Of a stretch of DNA of 64,000 nucleotides, positions 37,695 to 50,816 are shown in pieces. Below the pieces are notes generated by a model, which saw only the letters and a program-made list of their open reading frames with translations, was not told the DNA's origin and did not search any database. Each line of letters begins with the position of its first letter. The stretch's first letter is position 1. Made by a program: the position numbers and the translations under genes. This stretch comes from Antedon mediterranea (Eukaryota; Animalia; Echinodermata), in assembly GCF_964355755.1 (NCBI RefSeq), contig NC_092673.1, forward strand, positions 14,480,948 to 14,544,947. The letters run 5' to 3'.

Positions 37695-37915
37695 GACATC
37701 TCAAGAAGGTCCGTGCTTCGGTACGAAGTGGAGCGAAATACCGATAGGTATAGAATGGGACCACATGCGTTGGCTGATTACTCATATTAACCACAGAAAG
37801 ACACAGGAAAGTGTGGAACAAGAGGTTGAAGAAGAAGAGGAATCTTGTATAGAAGAGGATGTTATAAGCATGCTATCAGACTCTGCCGCAGTAGATGTAA
37901 CATTCAATACAGAAG
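37695..37915 (+). mobile_element. MADF-type Harbinger accessory protein fragment
   Basis: HLKKVRASVRSGA...WDHMRWLITHINHRKT plus an acidic tail, lying convergent with the Harbinger transposase relic. Confidence 0.45.
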
Positions 37916-38149
37916 GTAAGATGTTTAATGACAATTAATAATAATAAAGTTATTAAATAAAATTGCCATTCAATATATCCTTTACACTTAAAATAAAAAT
38001 GGGTACAGTAAATACTTGTTAAATAAATTTAAATTTATTAAATACATTCTACAATGCACAATACTATATAAATTCTCAAAAGATTTTACCACAATAGATG
38101 CATACATCATGGCATACACAATATATAACAGCAGAAATCAAACCTTTAA

Positions 38150-38730
38150 CTAAAACAATTTTACTCCTATGAATACAACTTGTGGATTATGCATTTTGTG
38201 TAAATCCTCAACAGATTTACTACTAAAATAGTCTTTAAACTTATCCCGTGTTTCTCGAGCACTTGATTTGTAGTTGTTAGAACCAACTCTTCTAACATTT
38301 TGAAAGCCTGTTTCATCATTACTAATAATGCTCCGCCATTCGCCTTCCTTAAATTCATTATTACTGTAGCTGTCAACAAATCCATTTGGTAGATAATGAG
38401 CATTGTCGGTTTGCATAAGATAATTAGGAAGACATACTACAGTTTTCAATGGGAAAATATCATCCCCCAAAATAATGTACGGAAGCGTGTATCCATTCAC
38501 ATCTGATGCCGGTGGAATATTTAAACCTCCTACCTCATCTGCCTTCTTAAAAAAAGAAGATTGCCCAAAAATCGAAGCATCGTTATCTCGTCCATAGGAC
38601 CCGACACTAACCCATATAAATGAATACTTCGCGTCACAAATAGCCATTAGCACTGAACTGTGAAACCATTCTTCCTCAGTTGATGGTGTTCTGAGATATT
38701 TAAAGTTGTATTGTCCCCCAAAACATGAAA
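38150..38730 (-). mobile_element. PIF/Harbinger transposase relic with internal deletions
   Basis: YLRTPSTEEEW, SSVLMAICDAKYSFIWVSVGSYGRDNDASIF, PYIILGDDIFPL, ARETRDKFKDYF. Confidence 0.9.
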
Positions 38731-38973
38731 AATAAAGATGAAAAAAATCAAATTTTGAATAGACCATTTTGTAGTTATAATAAAGTTATTCACTTTCGCC
38801 GAAAAAAAATCCGGAAAAAATATTGATTTCGCTTATAAAAAATCAAAATAAAAAAATAAGTTCAGAAATTCCAAAATAACGATGGTTAGCTAACAGCTCA
38901 TAAATATGCATGATATGTTAATGAGTATCCAAACAGGGGAGATCCGATCTGTTCACCACGTAAACAAACATGT

Positions 38974-41222
38974 TAGTCCGGTCCCTAAGGGGAAATGATG
39001 TTACCATAGTGGATACAAGTGTGCCCTTTGGCATGTTGATAGAACAGGATATGGAGATACCAAAACAAAGTTACTGGAAATCTGATTTGACCTCTGTGAC
39101 CTCTGACCTCAATTTTTATATTTCTATCTTAAACAGCCATATCTCCGCAACGGGTTTGACAATTGAAATAATATTGGTGTCAAATAGATCAGAGGGTACA
39201 TATTTATATTCGCTCTAATAGAACTTTTTTCAAAAAAACGACCGGAAATGTAATTTTTCAATGTTTTGACCTTTGACCTCGGCTTACTATATCTCAATAA
39301 CTACTGGTCAAAATTTCTTGAAATTTATTTCAAATTGTTAAGAGCATACATATTTATATATACTCTAATTAAACATGTTCTTCCAAATTCACAGGAAATG
39401 TCATTTACTGACCTTTGACCTTTAATGTTTAAATATGTCTGTATCTCTGTAACCAAATGTCATAAAAAGTTCAACTTGTTGTCAAAATGTTCAGAATGTA
39501 AACATTTATATTAGCTCTAATAGAAGATGTTACCATATTTTTACTGGAAATGCCAGTTTATAACCAGGATATACTGTAAAGCGTGCGTGTGTCATACTTA
39601 TAATAATATACCTAAAATATAGATTTAATGGACCAGAACTACATTCAATATCCTATTTAGCCTTTTACAATTTTCTTAAAACTTAATGTTTAATTTAATT
39701 TCAATATATAATTCCATCGCATGGTAGGCCTACACCGTAAGAGCAACACTTAATGTCAACAAAAAATTAGGTAAACTTAAAGTTAAATAACATAAAAAAA
39801 AAAAAAAAATCAAGATCTTAAAGAAAGAAAAGAAGAATTAACCAATGCGATTTGATACTCATAAAACATAGAAATCTGAAAAGGATCAAAGACAAATTAA
39901 TTACAAAGCTGATTTCTTTTCAAGAACATACTGTAGTGGTATATAAAAGGAAAAATTACCATCTTGGCTTGATGAGGCAATAACATATCCAGCTCATAAC
40001 ACTGTACAACAAAATCTTTGAAACCAGAAGAAATGAAGAGAAGCACTGCATTGGAAGAGGTGTTTAATCAAAGAGCTAATATAAAAAATAGAGTAAATAG
40101 AGTTTTTTGGGTATGCACTATATCATTTTTTTCAATCCAATTTTTGGTGAAACTATTATGTATGACATTAAAATTGCATATTCAACAAAAATATTTGTCA
40201 AAATTACTTTTGTCAGGGGGAAAATAAGTATATCTTTAATAACATGTGATATTATTAGCAAATATTTCAAATGTAGTTTTAAAACTTTCCAGTACAATTC
40301 CGGCCATTTTGCAGTAGCATTGGAAAAGCGAGAGAGGGGGAGGTGGTTGGGATGATGGAGAGACACATATTTTTTACATGTTTGTCTACACTATAAACTA
40401 GTTTAACAAAAAAGGTGTGATGTGCCCAAATATGGTAGTGTCCATCACATTTTTTTGTCGCATAAAAATGTTATAGTGCAGACAGAGTTTAACATTTGTG
40501 TAACATGTAAAAAAAATATGTGTCTCTCCATCCACCCCAACCCCCTCCCCTCTCTCGATCTCTTTTTATAGATTATTAATTGCTAAATATATGCAATACA
40601 GATGGGTCATAGCTCAAAATGACATTTCCAATTGAATTCTGACAAAATATTTTGTTAGAGCAAATATAAATGTGTATATTCTAAACAATTTGACACCAAA
40701 CTGAACTTTTTAGGACAAATAGTTACCGAGATATTGACATATTCAAACATTAGAGGTCAAGGGTCAAAAAAGCTTAATTTATGGTAGTTTTTTGAAAAAA
40801 GTTTCTATTAGACTAAATATTAGATTTATTTTCTTAACATTTTGAGCCCATTCTGAAATCTCTGAGATTGCGTGTTATTGAGATACTAGGCAATCAAGGT
40901 CAAAGGTCAAACTGAAAAATAAAGCCTTTGCGGCCATTTTTGTACAATTTTTTTCATTATAGCGAATATAAATATATATCTTCCAAGCATTTTGAAAAAA
41001 AAATTAATGTAAAATGTCCATGCGTTTTCAAGATATGGCGATTTTTTGTTATATAATAGAAAAATATAAAAATTGAGGTCAGAGGTCACAGAGGTCAAAT
41101 CAGATTTCCAGTAACTTTGTTTTGGCATCTCCACACTATACTCTACCAAACAGCTATATTGAAAAATTTGTATCCAGTCTGGTAACATCCCACCCCTTTT
41201 TCTCCCCTTAGGGACTGGACTA
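38974..41222. mobile_element. Non-autonomous long-TIR DNA transposon, Academ-like
   Basis: Termini TAGTCCGGTCCCTAAGGGGA and TCCCCTTAGGGACTGGACTA. Imperfect inverted arms run for several hundred bp, and a TGT TSD lies at 38971-38973 and 41223-41225. Confidence 0.75.
40330..40557. repeat. Nested inverted repeats (small MITE inside an inverted repeat)
   Basis: Outer arms at 40330-40382 and 40502-40557. Inner arms tgtctacactataa...ttatagtgcagaca. Confidence 0.7.
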
Positions 41223-41945
41223 TGTGCGAAGAACAGAAGAAAGTGCTGGGGTTTCCCTGATCGTATGATGTAAAAAACTCTGCCGTTAATTTGCTGGTAA
41301 GTAGAATTGTATTATAGGCTTAGCTATCTAGGCTAGGGCTATAATATAAGCCTACTTCTACTATCTAGTAGGGCCTAGGCCTACCCACTTTGAGGCCTAG
41401 CTAGGTCCTATATGTCGTACTCACCTAGCTAAGCCATCACTCCACAACTAGCTACAGGAAATAGGCCTACTATGTTGATGTACCACTGATATACATTTGG
41501 AGCTCGAATTAATTATTAATTATTTTAGACTTTTGTATTTATACATCATTGTTTTTCAATTTATAGACTTAAGCTAATGAAGACTGGAACAGAAGTTACA
41601 CCCATACAGCATTTTAAAGGCAACTGGCAGTAGACTCGGTAGTGGAACACAAGATAAATATTGGATGACTATCATAAAGCATTAGGCAAATGTGTTGGTT
41701 GTTTTCCAGCTTTTAAAATGTTGTATAGTTTTCATAATTAGAGCAATAACATTTGTATACAGCATTAAATAAATAAAAAATACTACTACAGTACATGAGA
41801 TAAAATCACCATAATTTTAATGTGTGAAGATTTACAGTACAGTACAGTAAAAAATGAGTGTCATAGTAAGAAACGTTCAAATAAATATTGTGAATGTTGC
41901 TACCACATTTTGTGTTGATTTCTTCACCATTTTCCACTACTTGCT

Positions 41946-43221
41946 GATATTGTTCATTCAAGTGTGTTAATACCTATTAAAAGAAAGACATTATTTATTA
42001 AAATATGTACATAAAAAGTTTAATTGTGTGAATGTTGGTTTGAACGTTATTGCTTTGGAAGAATTTTCAACATAACGGTACTAAGTACTGTAAAGTACAC
42101 ATTCCAAAAAATATTCAACTTAGATTATTTGGTCATTTTCTCTAAAATAATTACATTATTGGATGTACAGTATAGGCCTAGTTACAATTTTCACAAATTT
42201 ATATTAGCATTAAAATCTAATTAATCATGAAGGAAAAACCAAGCACCATAATCTCTCCTGGCCCTGGTGGTGACCTTATTTTCTATTTTTGGCAGCCATT
42301 CACAAGTTTTCGCTTTTTGAGTTTCGCTGCTGTTATGTATAATTTTTTTTAATCACAAACTCTACATAGAAAAGAAAATTAAATGTTTTAAAATGAATGA
42401 AAAGTGATATGAATAATGATAAATTAAAGACTATTATTAATATTATAGTATTATACTAAAAATAAGACGAGTTGGTGGTGTCGAAATTCACACAAGTCAC
42501 AATAAAACCATGGAGGCTAAAACCTTATTCCTTACTCCATGCTCACAGATGAATGTTATAGGCCTAATCCTATTTAAAGCTAGGTTGGCAATAACTATTA
42601 ATAAGGCTTACAAGTTGTATCTATTAGTATTAGCTAGGCCTGCTACTCACTCAGGGTGAACCCTCACTCATGCCTACTACTAGACTAGCTACTACTCTAG
42701 GCCTAGCCAATAGATAGGGGATAGTACACTAGATAGCCATTACAGCTGTACTGGCTATCTAGTGTACTATCCCCTATCTATTGGCTAGGCCTAGAGTAGT
42801 AGCTAGTCTAGTAGTAGGCATATGTAAGCGATATTGTTCATTCAAGTGTGTTAATACCTATTAAAAGAAAGACATTATTTATTAAAATATGTACATAAAA
42901 AGTTTAATTGTGTGAATGTTGGTTTGAACGTTATTGCTTTGGAAGAATTTTCAACATAACGGTACTAAGTACTGTAAAGTACACATTCCAAAAAATATTC
43001 AACTTAGATTATTTGGTCATTTTCTCTAAAATAATTACATTATTGGATGTACAGTATAGGCCTAGTTACAATTTTCACAAATTTATATTAGCATTAAAAT
43101 CTAATTAATCATGAAGGAAAAACCAAGCACCATAATCTCTCCTGGCCCTGGTGGTGACCTTATTTTCTATTTTTGGCAGCCATTCACAAGTTTTCGCTTT
43201 TTGAGTTTCGCTGCTGTTATG
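41946..43221. repeat. 392-bp direct duplication (41946-42337 = 42830-43221)
   Basis: The copies look identical at an offset of 884 bp. ORFs 42024 and 42908 are identical. Confidence 0.95.
42670..42821. repeat. 152-bp near-perfect palindrome
   Basis: 70-bp arms surround a self-complementary centre tacagctgta, with one mismatch (42740/42751). Confidence 0.95.
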
Positions 43222-46200
43222 CCTATGCTCTTAACAACTAGGCTTCCTATACTAACTAACAAAGCTGCACCATAGAAACCATATCACGTCGTATTTTTTT
43301 TCTGATGACCTAAAGGTCACATACACGCACAAGAATCATACAATATGCATAATTCATAAGCTAATTCAGGTCAAGGGTTAAATTAAACCGGAAGCCAGCT
43401 GGCTGCCAGCCAACCGACTTCCGGTTGACTATATTTTACTTTAAATTACGATTTTCTAAGGTAAATAATTTTTTTTTTGATCCAATTTTTTTTCAAAGTG
43501 AATAACTTTTATGTATCATTAAAATGGCCTTTAAAAAAAAAAAAATTTTTGTTCAAGGGGACAATACATCACAAGTTGATTAAACCTTTCTGGTGTCATT
43601 CTTGTATATCTATTTAATAAAACAAAACAGGAAACTGAATTAGTAAATGCAACACATACACTATCAATGCTGATACATTATATTTTGTTTAATTTTCAGT
43701 GGAACTAGTAGAAGCAGACTTTCTGTTCACAGGTAAAAATGTTAATAATAAATAAGTGTGATATTTCCTATGTACTGGGCAGTATTTGGTATTATTACTG
43801 TGTAATCATTATACTTTTCTTGTTGAAAATTTGCTCTGTAAAAATATTTAACATTTTAAAATTTGCAGAAAAAAATGTAAAATTGCTAGAATAAACCCTA
43901 ACCCACAAACCCAAATACACTAAATCTAAATATATATTTTTGTTATTAAATAGAAAATACAGTGAACACAAGCAATGAGCTGGGAGATAGGGATGAGGGT
44001 GATGGCTATGAAAGTGACCGAGAGGGTGGTGGTGATGAAAGCTCGCAGGCAGATTTAGGTGAAAGTAACAGCCAATCAGTATACAGACACTAAGTTTGGT
44101 GGTATTTTTTCTTTTTTTATTAGAAAAACTAAAAAGAGGAGTATGAGGACTGCAGATCCAAAAGACTGTAAGTACCAAATTCTTATTAATAAAATTCATT
44201 AAAATAAACCTTTCACAGGTAGCAAAATTATTTTAGTAATTTTAACAATACTAATTATCAAACAGTTAAATATTGTAAGTGGCTAAATAGATTAATTTAA
44301 ATAATATGTTGTAGAATTGGAGATGAGCAGTAAACAATTACTACAGTAGTCATTTCAAAGGTTGGGGTAGGGCTAGAGTAAGGGGTACCATTAGAGTTGG
44401 TTTTTGTTTATTTCTATAACAATATTAGTTTCTTTTTTTCAACAGCTGTAACAAAGGCTTGGACAAAAAAGGCAAAAAAGAACACTATAGTAAACTGTAC
44501 TGATAAAGTATGCTCAACCCTAAAATATTTTTTTAAATTAATGTACAAATCTGAAAACTATATAACAATAAATTGATAATAACTAACCATCTAGGTCGTG
44601 CCCACAGATGGTTCTTGAATACATAATAATTTCAGCGTTAAAAAACTGGCGATTTCAAATGTACGTACCGCAGGAACGAATAAATAGACACTTTGATTTA
44701 TGTACTCAACTAAAATTAGCACCCTGCGAATTCCTTCCGCAAGAGAAACTGTTTAAAATTGTTTAAGTCAAATTTAAACAAACTTAATAAGTTGTGTTTT
44801 GTATGTAACATTAGGGTTGAGGGATGGGGAAGAGGATGGGTGCAAGGAGGAACAATTTTTGAATATATTCTTTATCCATTTAGTAAGGAAATATTACAAA
44901 TAATATACCACTAAACACAGTAAAACATCGATGTAATACTTTGTTGAAACTATCACCGTCCTAGTCGATTGAAAGTGTACAGTACATGTAACGATACATC
45001 ACTACGACGTGTATATGTTTATATAATGTAAAACAATTTGTGAAAACCACCTCTATTCGGGGCAAATCATAAATTCGATTTAATCGCCAATAAATGTTGA
45101 ATTATCTAACTTAACTTAATTAGTTACTACTACTACTCATGCCAGTGAGGGAAGGGTGATGATGTGGGTGGTTTAACTGCAATAATAAAGATTTGTACAT
45201 AATATACGGCGACTGAAAACGCTAACTCATTATCCCTTTATAAAAATCTATATCCAACCTCGGCAGTACAGATAGGCGTCGTAAAGGCAAGTACTGTATA
45301 CTCATAACTGAAAAAAAAAATGGATCGAACTTGTGGAACAGAGAGAAACTTGTCGAACAGAGATTGGAATGTTCCATTCATCGCAAATCAATACATTTGT
45401 ATAATCGTATATTAAATCTATCAAAATAGTATTTTTTTAAGAAAATCGGCCTGTCTTCAACATTATGATGCTGTACTCTAGCTGTTCAACCGGTTTTCAG
45501 CTATTAAAAACAATTATCGTAGGAGGAGATAGGAAAATGCGAAGCCTCCTCGCATTTTTGTGGCGGGTATTTTTCAAGATGGACATCCATTAGACAGTGT
45601 ATACCACGATCGGAAAACACCCCTATTTGGGCTAACTTAATTTAATTAGTAAACAGGGTTACATCAGGTGTTTAAAATCAGTACCGAAAGTACGAACCAA
45701 CTTTATATACCATCGAGTAAAAATTCTAGAAGTAAGGCGCGATTTACCGAATTTTGCCCTTACGTAAATTTATATATAGATGTTTCCAATTATTTATTAT
45801 AGGACGACAAAAATATTGAACAGGAACTACTACAATTTATTAAAAGTCCGATCCCTGAGGAAGATGCCGATGAACTGTTCAGTAAAGTTAGATTTTAATT
45901 TTATAGCATTTTCCTATTAAGCAGCTGAACACCTGTTATTAGTTATAGTTATGTGTACATTTCATTTCTTTATTCGACAACAAGCGGTCCAGGGATTGCG
46001 ACAGCAACAGAGCGCCATAACACATTTGTGTCCGCAATCCCTGTAACATACAACTTAATACAGATATTACTTTTTAGTTTAAAACATTTAGTTTTTGCAC
46101 ACATTCCAACCAAAGGGTATGTAAAAGAGAAGATTCACTGCAGATCATTTTTGTTTAGTTTATATGTTGGAATTATTGTGTAGTGTGTAGTGCCAATAAA

Positions 46201-47457
46201 TTGAAATTTAAAATTTTTTTTTTATTTGGTTATTACTGTATTCACTTATTAAATTTGACTGTACCAGTGTGGATAACCAAAGCCACAATCACAAACATCA
46301 CCACACTAAATACATTCGGTAGCAAATACATTCCCCTATTTTAATACATACATAGGCATTGTAGGGCTAGGCCCTAGGCATATAGCCTATCATAAAATAA
46401 AGTCACACTAACAAAAAAAAAAGAGAGATTTAATTCCAAAGTTATTGCCTAGGCCCATAGATGGTGGTCCACTTAATTGGGATAAGTCTACTTGTAGGGC
46501 ATAGCCTAGTAGTAGGTAGACCTAGAAAAGAGCTTATTATAGGCCTAATATAGGCCCTTGGCCTAGTTATAGGGCCTAACTAGTAGTATAGCCTAGGGCA
46601 TTTTTAGTACAGACCTATAACAGAGAATCTTGGCTAACTACTAAAATAGTAGTGGTTACGCTGTAGGCCTGACCAACCTACGAATGTTTTATGTAGACCG
46701 CCTAGGCCTATGTAGTATATGCCACGCAGCCTTTCTAGGCCCTACCTAGTCCTAGGTAGACCTACCTGAAAAACCATTCCCTGTCATGGGCAACCATTGT
46801 TTTAAACAATTCATTCAACTTAACGGAAGAGACGTAACAAACGCAACAATCGTAACAAATTACAAATTATATCTTATGTACTCACATCGTCCATCATCCG
46901 CAACGGCGGTAGTCTTCAAATTCTGAAACGTTTGAAAATTCAAATTCTGAAAAATATCAGATATTACACAAGCTAACATATATTACTTTAAATTGTGCAT
47001 AACGGTTTACAAGCATAGCAAAAATGAACAATCGGAGTTGAGGGATACTGATGCTTAAAGCTCAGGTACAGGCATGAATTTTAAATATAATATCTCTCCA
47101 TCTACCAAACTTAATGTTGAGGACACTGCATATTGTTCCCTCGCTTTTTCTTTTTGCTTCTTCTCAGCTGCCACGGCTTATTTTACCGTGATTGCCTGTA
47201 ATTATATTTTAGCAAAAATTACGTAGGTCACGTTAATCAAGAACAATGGTAGATTTAAAATCATGAAAGCTGGATATCATAAAATAAGTCGCAATGACTA
47301 TTTATTATTATTATTTATCTATTATTTATTTATTATTTATTTATTTATTTATTGTATCAATGTACTTCTACGTTTTTCCTTTTTGATGATTTCTTTTGTT
47401 GTATGGGTTCTGAAGCCATCTGTAATTTAAAACAAGAACGTAATTATGCACCGTTAA

Positions 47458-48784
47458 AGGGGGGTTCCGGGTTTAAAATGAATAGTAAAAAATGTAAAAT
47501 ATATTTGTTTGTCTCTTGAACGGTAAAAGTTTCAATTTATATAAGCGCCCAGTGAAGCAGAACGAAGGTTGTGAAATGAGGCCAGATTACAAGTGCAGCT
47601 ACGGCAAAATCACACTGTGGTTACAGAATACGAAATTCGTGAAATGGTCAATCTTCCGACGACTCGTTATCATTAACCATATCAATTACTTTTGTAAAAT
47701 TATACTTATCTTATGTAATTTTAGTCGGTCTTCCCATTTATAAAATCAATTTTCTATGAAAATCCATCAAAACAGTGAAAAATTAGATAAGTTTGCACTT
47801 TACGTTTGCCAATTTTCGCACTGACTTAGGGAAAGCCTTCAAAATCAATGAAGCGTAACGTATACAATCCTGCACCACCTGCTGAGCGAGGAGAGCGAGA
47901 CGACGATACACGTGCTCTCTCTGCCCATGCCTGGCATCGTCACGTGATAAGCAGATACAGTATACAATACCAAACTGGTCGGGTCGAGTATACCCCGTCT
48001 ATATCACAACATGAACGATGTACAGTATTTGATTGAAGGTCGACTCAACCTACCGGAATGGTATAGATAATATAGCTCGAATGAGAGAGTTGGAATATTT
48101 GTAAACATAAGTACAGTATTGCTAATTTTAACAAGTGTAGCCTATATAGTAAAAGGCCTGGTAGTATCAATTCGCATAGGGTCTACTACACTAGCTAGCT
48201 CAATTTTTAACTGGGCCGGATCGGCTAGGCTAGGCCTCCTTCCTACTACCGGTCTACTTGCTTGATGCAGTATCCGCTTTTTTGGAGAGTAAACTAACTA
48301 GGCCTACTTATTAGACGTGCGGACGGCGATCGGACCTTGTTTTGCCTCATTATTTACAGCCGATTTTTGTAGAACGTTTTAGGTTTAGGCCTAGATTGTT
48401 TAGGAGTTTGGTTGATAAATATATGCTACTACTGTTATTATTACACTTTAGGCCTAGCTTAGCAAATCTACAAAAAAATGTATTTCACAATGATCGGGTG
48501 GTCATCGTTTGACAGAGGAGAGAGAACATAACGTACAAGCTTGACGTCGCGAGTTTGGAATCCACTGATGACGTGATTTTGTGAATATCTCATGAATATT
48601 AATGAGCTTCCCTAAGCTGCTGAAAAACAGACTTTCCATGAATTTACCCTAAAATGTATATGAAATTTAATTTTTTTAATTTCTCGTTATTACTTCTTCA
48701 TTCTGACATGTCTATATTGTTATAATATTTTTTATTTATAAAATAAACGATATTTAAAAGCAATTTTAAACCCAGAATCCCCCT
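47458..48784. mobile_element. Non-autonomous Kolobok-type element
   Basis: TTAA TSD at 47454-47457 and 48785-48788. TIRs aggggggttccgggtttaaaat / attttaaacccagaatccccct. Confidence 0.8.
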
Positions 48785-48828
48785 TTAATGTGAATGGCAT
48801 GCACCCATGAAAGTTGGATTTTCACATG

Positions 48829-48888
48829 CCGTATTTGTTCGAATAAACTCCCAATAATAATAATAATAATTTATTCGAATAAATACGG
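48829..48888. repeat. Tiny collapsed MITE (CCGTA termini)
   Basis: ccgtatttgttcgaataaa...(aat)n...tttattcgaataaatacgg. Confidence 0.6.
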
Positions 48889-49165
48889 AACGAATGTTCC
48901 ATTCAGTATCGTAAATTATTCATCACAATTGATTCATTCAATGAGAACAATTTACCTCTACTATCTTCTTTGTTGGTGGAACCGAAACGGTTGATGCGGC
49001 AGCCTGTAAATGAAATAAAATGGTCACACAACATATATATAGACTATAAACACAATGAACCCTACCTTTTTCTTTGGTGGTATTAGTATTATTCAATTTT
49101 TGTAGTTTAAAGTGTATCATTGTTTCATTTATTCTATTGATTGTAACTTTTCATCTGCTTTAATA

Positions 49166-49286
49166 ATGATAGTATTAGGCATAGGCCTAATTAGTATATG
49201 TATGTATGATAGTATTAGGCATAGGCCTAATTAGTATATGTATGTATGATAGTATTAGGCATAGGCCTAATTAGTATATGTATGTA
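49166..49286. repeat. 3 x 40-bp perfect tandem repeat
   Basis: The unit atgatagtattaggcataggcctaattagtatatgtatgt occurs three times. Confidence 0.95.
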
Positions 49287-49727
49287 CTCGCCTTTTGCCC
49301 CTTCTGGATATGTATCTCACTTTCCAGGACTTGGGAGACCAAATCTGGAAACTCTGGGCCAGAAAGTATTTTAGAGAATTTTTTCCGCATTGATTCATCT
49401 GCAAAAAAATAGTATAGCCTAAAAGTAAAACTAAATGTTGGCAAACAGGTATACTTTTAAGGTTGAGAGATTTATCATAAGTTTATTAATAGGCCTATCA
49501 CAAATTAATTTATGTGTTACCGTTGTCAAACCTAAGGCTATACAATGATATGATATTTCTCCAATCAGTCCTGTCTGTATACCAAAACCTGGGCACTTTG
49601 CTTCAACACGGTCTCCTACTAAATAGTCATTCAATTCCCACCGTGGCTCTACAATATTCTCTATTTTGATAACATTTCCCGTAACAGGATTGTCATTAAT
49701 CCAAATCATTAATGTGATTAGACCCAT
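49287..49727 (-). pseudogene. Putative transposon accessory gene, N-terminal exons (Tudor/SH3-like pattern)
   Basis: MGLITLMIWINDNPVTGNVIKIENIVEPRWELNDYLVGDRVEAKCPGFGIQTGLIGEIS, with a further exon-like segment at 49290-49400. It is divergent from the CACTA transposase relic. Confidence 0.45.
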
Positions 49728-50019
49728 AATGATTAAACAAATTTACTAAAAAGATGATGATGAACAGACAACCGAAGGGCGGAGAAGAAGAACAAGAGAA
49801 AAAAGAGGAGGATCGACCGCCAAATGATTTGAAACTTACGCGCACGGACGGACGGACGGACAGATGATATGGGTAATTTTACGCACCCTTTTTATTTTCA
49901 TCATTTGTTTCTAAATTACTGGAATTTATCCTTATTAAAAGCGAATTTGTTACCATATTTACCACCCGTCATGGATATTGAATATCACCCTTTTCACACG
50001 ATTTTTGAAAATTATCTGA

Positions 50020-50240
50020 AGACGCCTCCGCCGCGTGCCGCCCCTTGTTATGTTTGGTATGCCCTGGGCGTCGCGTGCGAGACGCGTTTAATATGACGCA
50101 CGACATGTCACGTATATACGGCGTGTGTCGTGTCCGGCGGCTCCTATCGTCGTGACGTGTGCAAAGATACTATAGCGCCACGAAGTGACGCTATACGATC
50201 TTTGGTCGTGTGCCAGCAGAGAGCGGAACGCTACACACGC
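50020..50240. promoter_or_regulatory. CpG-rich patch between divergent ORFs
   Basis: Dense CpGs (gacgcctccgccgcgtgccgcc...gcgtcgcgtgcgagacgcg) in an otherwise AT-rich window. Confidence 0.35.
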
Positions 50241-50816
50241 TAGATGAATAATGAAGAGCTAAACACTGTACACCTCAACAGGTCAGTAAGATACATACAT
50301 AGATTTACATGATGAGTCCTACATTTTATTTTGGACATGTAAACTTATAACAAGACCCATTCGCCTAGCTAGCTAGTATAATAGGCCTATAGGCATATAG
50401 CCTATATATATATATATGTCTATCCGGAATGCCTAGCTATTGAATAGCCATATTGGATTAGTTTCTACTTATACGTCAGTAAGCTAAATTTGTGCACAAG
50501 CTTGCATCGTCTTTCAAATTTCGCGGTAATATGTTTGGATTTGAAAGAACTCAATTTAAATCAAGTACTGATTTTTCAATATAGGCCTAATATAACTTAA
50601 CTTATATTATATTAAGGCTTTATATTCTTTATAAAAATCAATCAATATTGTGTCATTGGGTCCACCCGCAACCCCCCCCCCCCCCTCCCTAAATTTTACA
50701 AGGTGCCCTTTTTAGAGGGTAATAATTTTTGCTATATAATTACTTGCGTTTATCTTTGATTTGTTTTTAACATTTTATTAATTTCGATACTGTAGGTAGT
50801 ACTAGTAGTATGCAAC

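Noticed and set aside
43700-44500. Small exon-like segments as a host gene
   Set aside because: AG/GT-bounded acidic segments exist, but I could not build a consistent frame or recognise a domain. ORF 43795-44199 is their antisense shadow.
49166-49286. CRISPR-like repeat array
   Set aside because: The 40-bp units abut with no spacers, no cas genes are present and the context is eukaryotic. It is a simple minisatellite.
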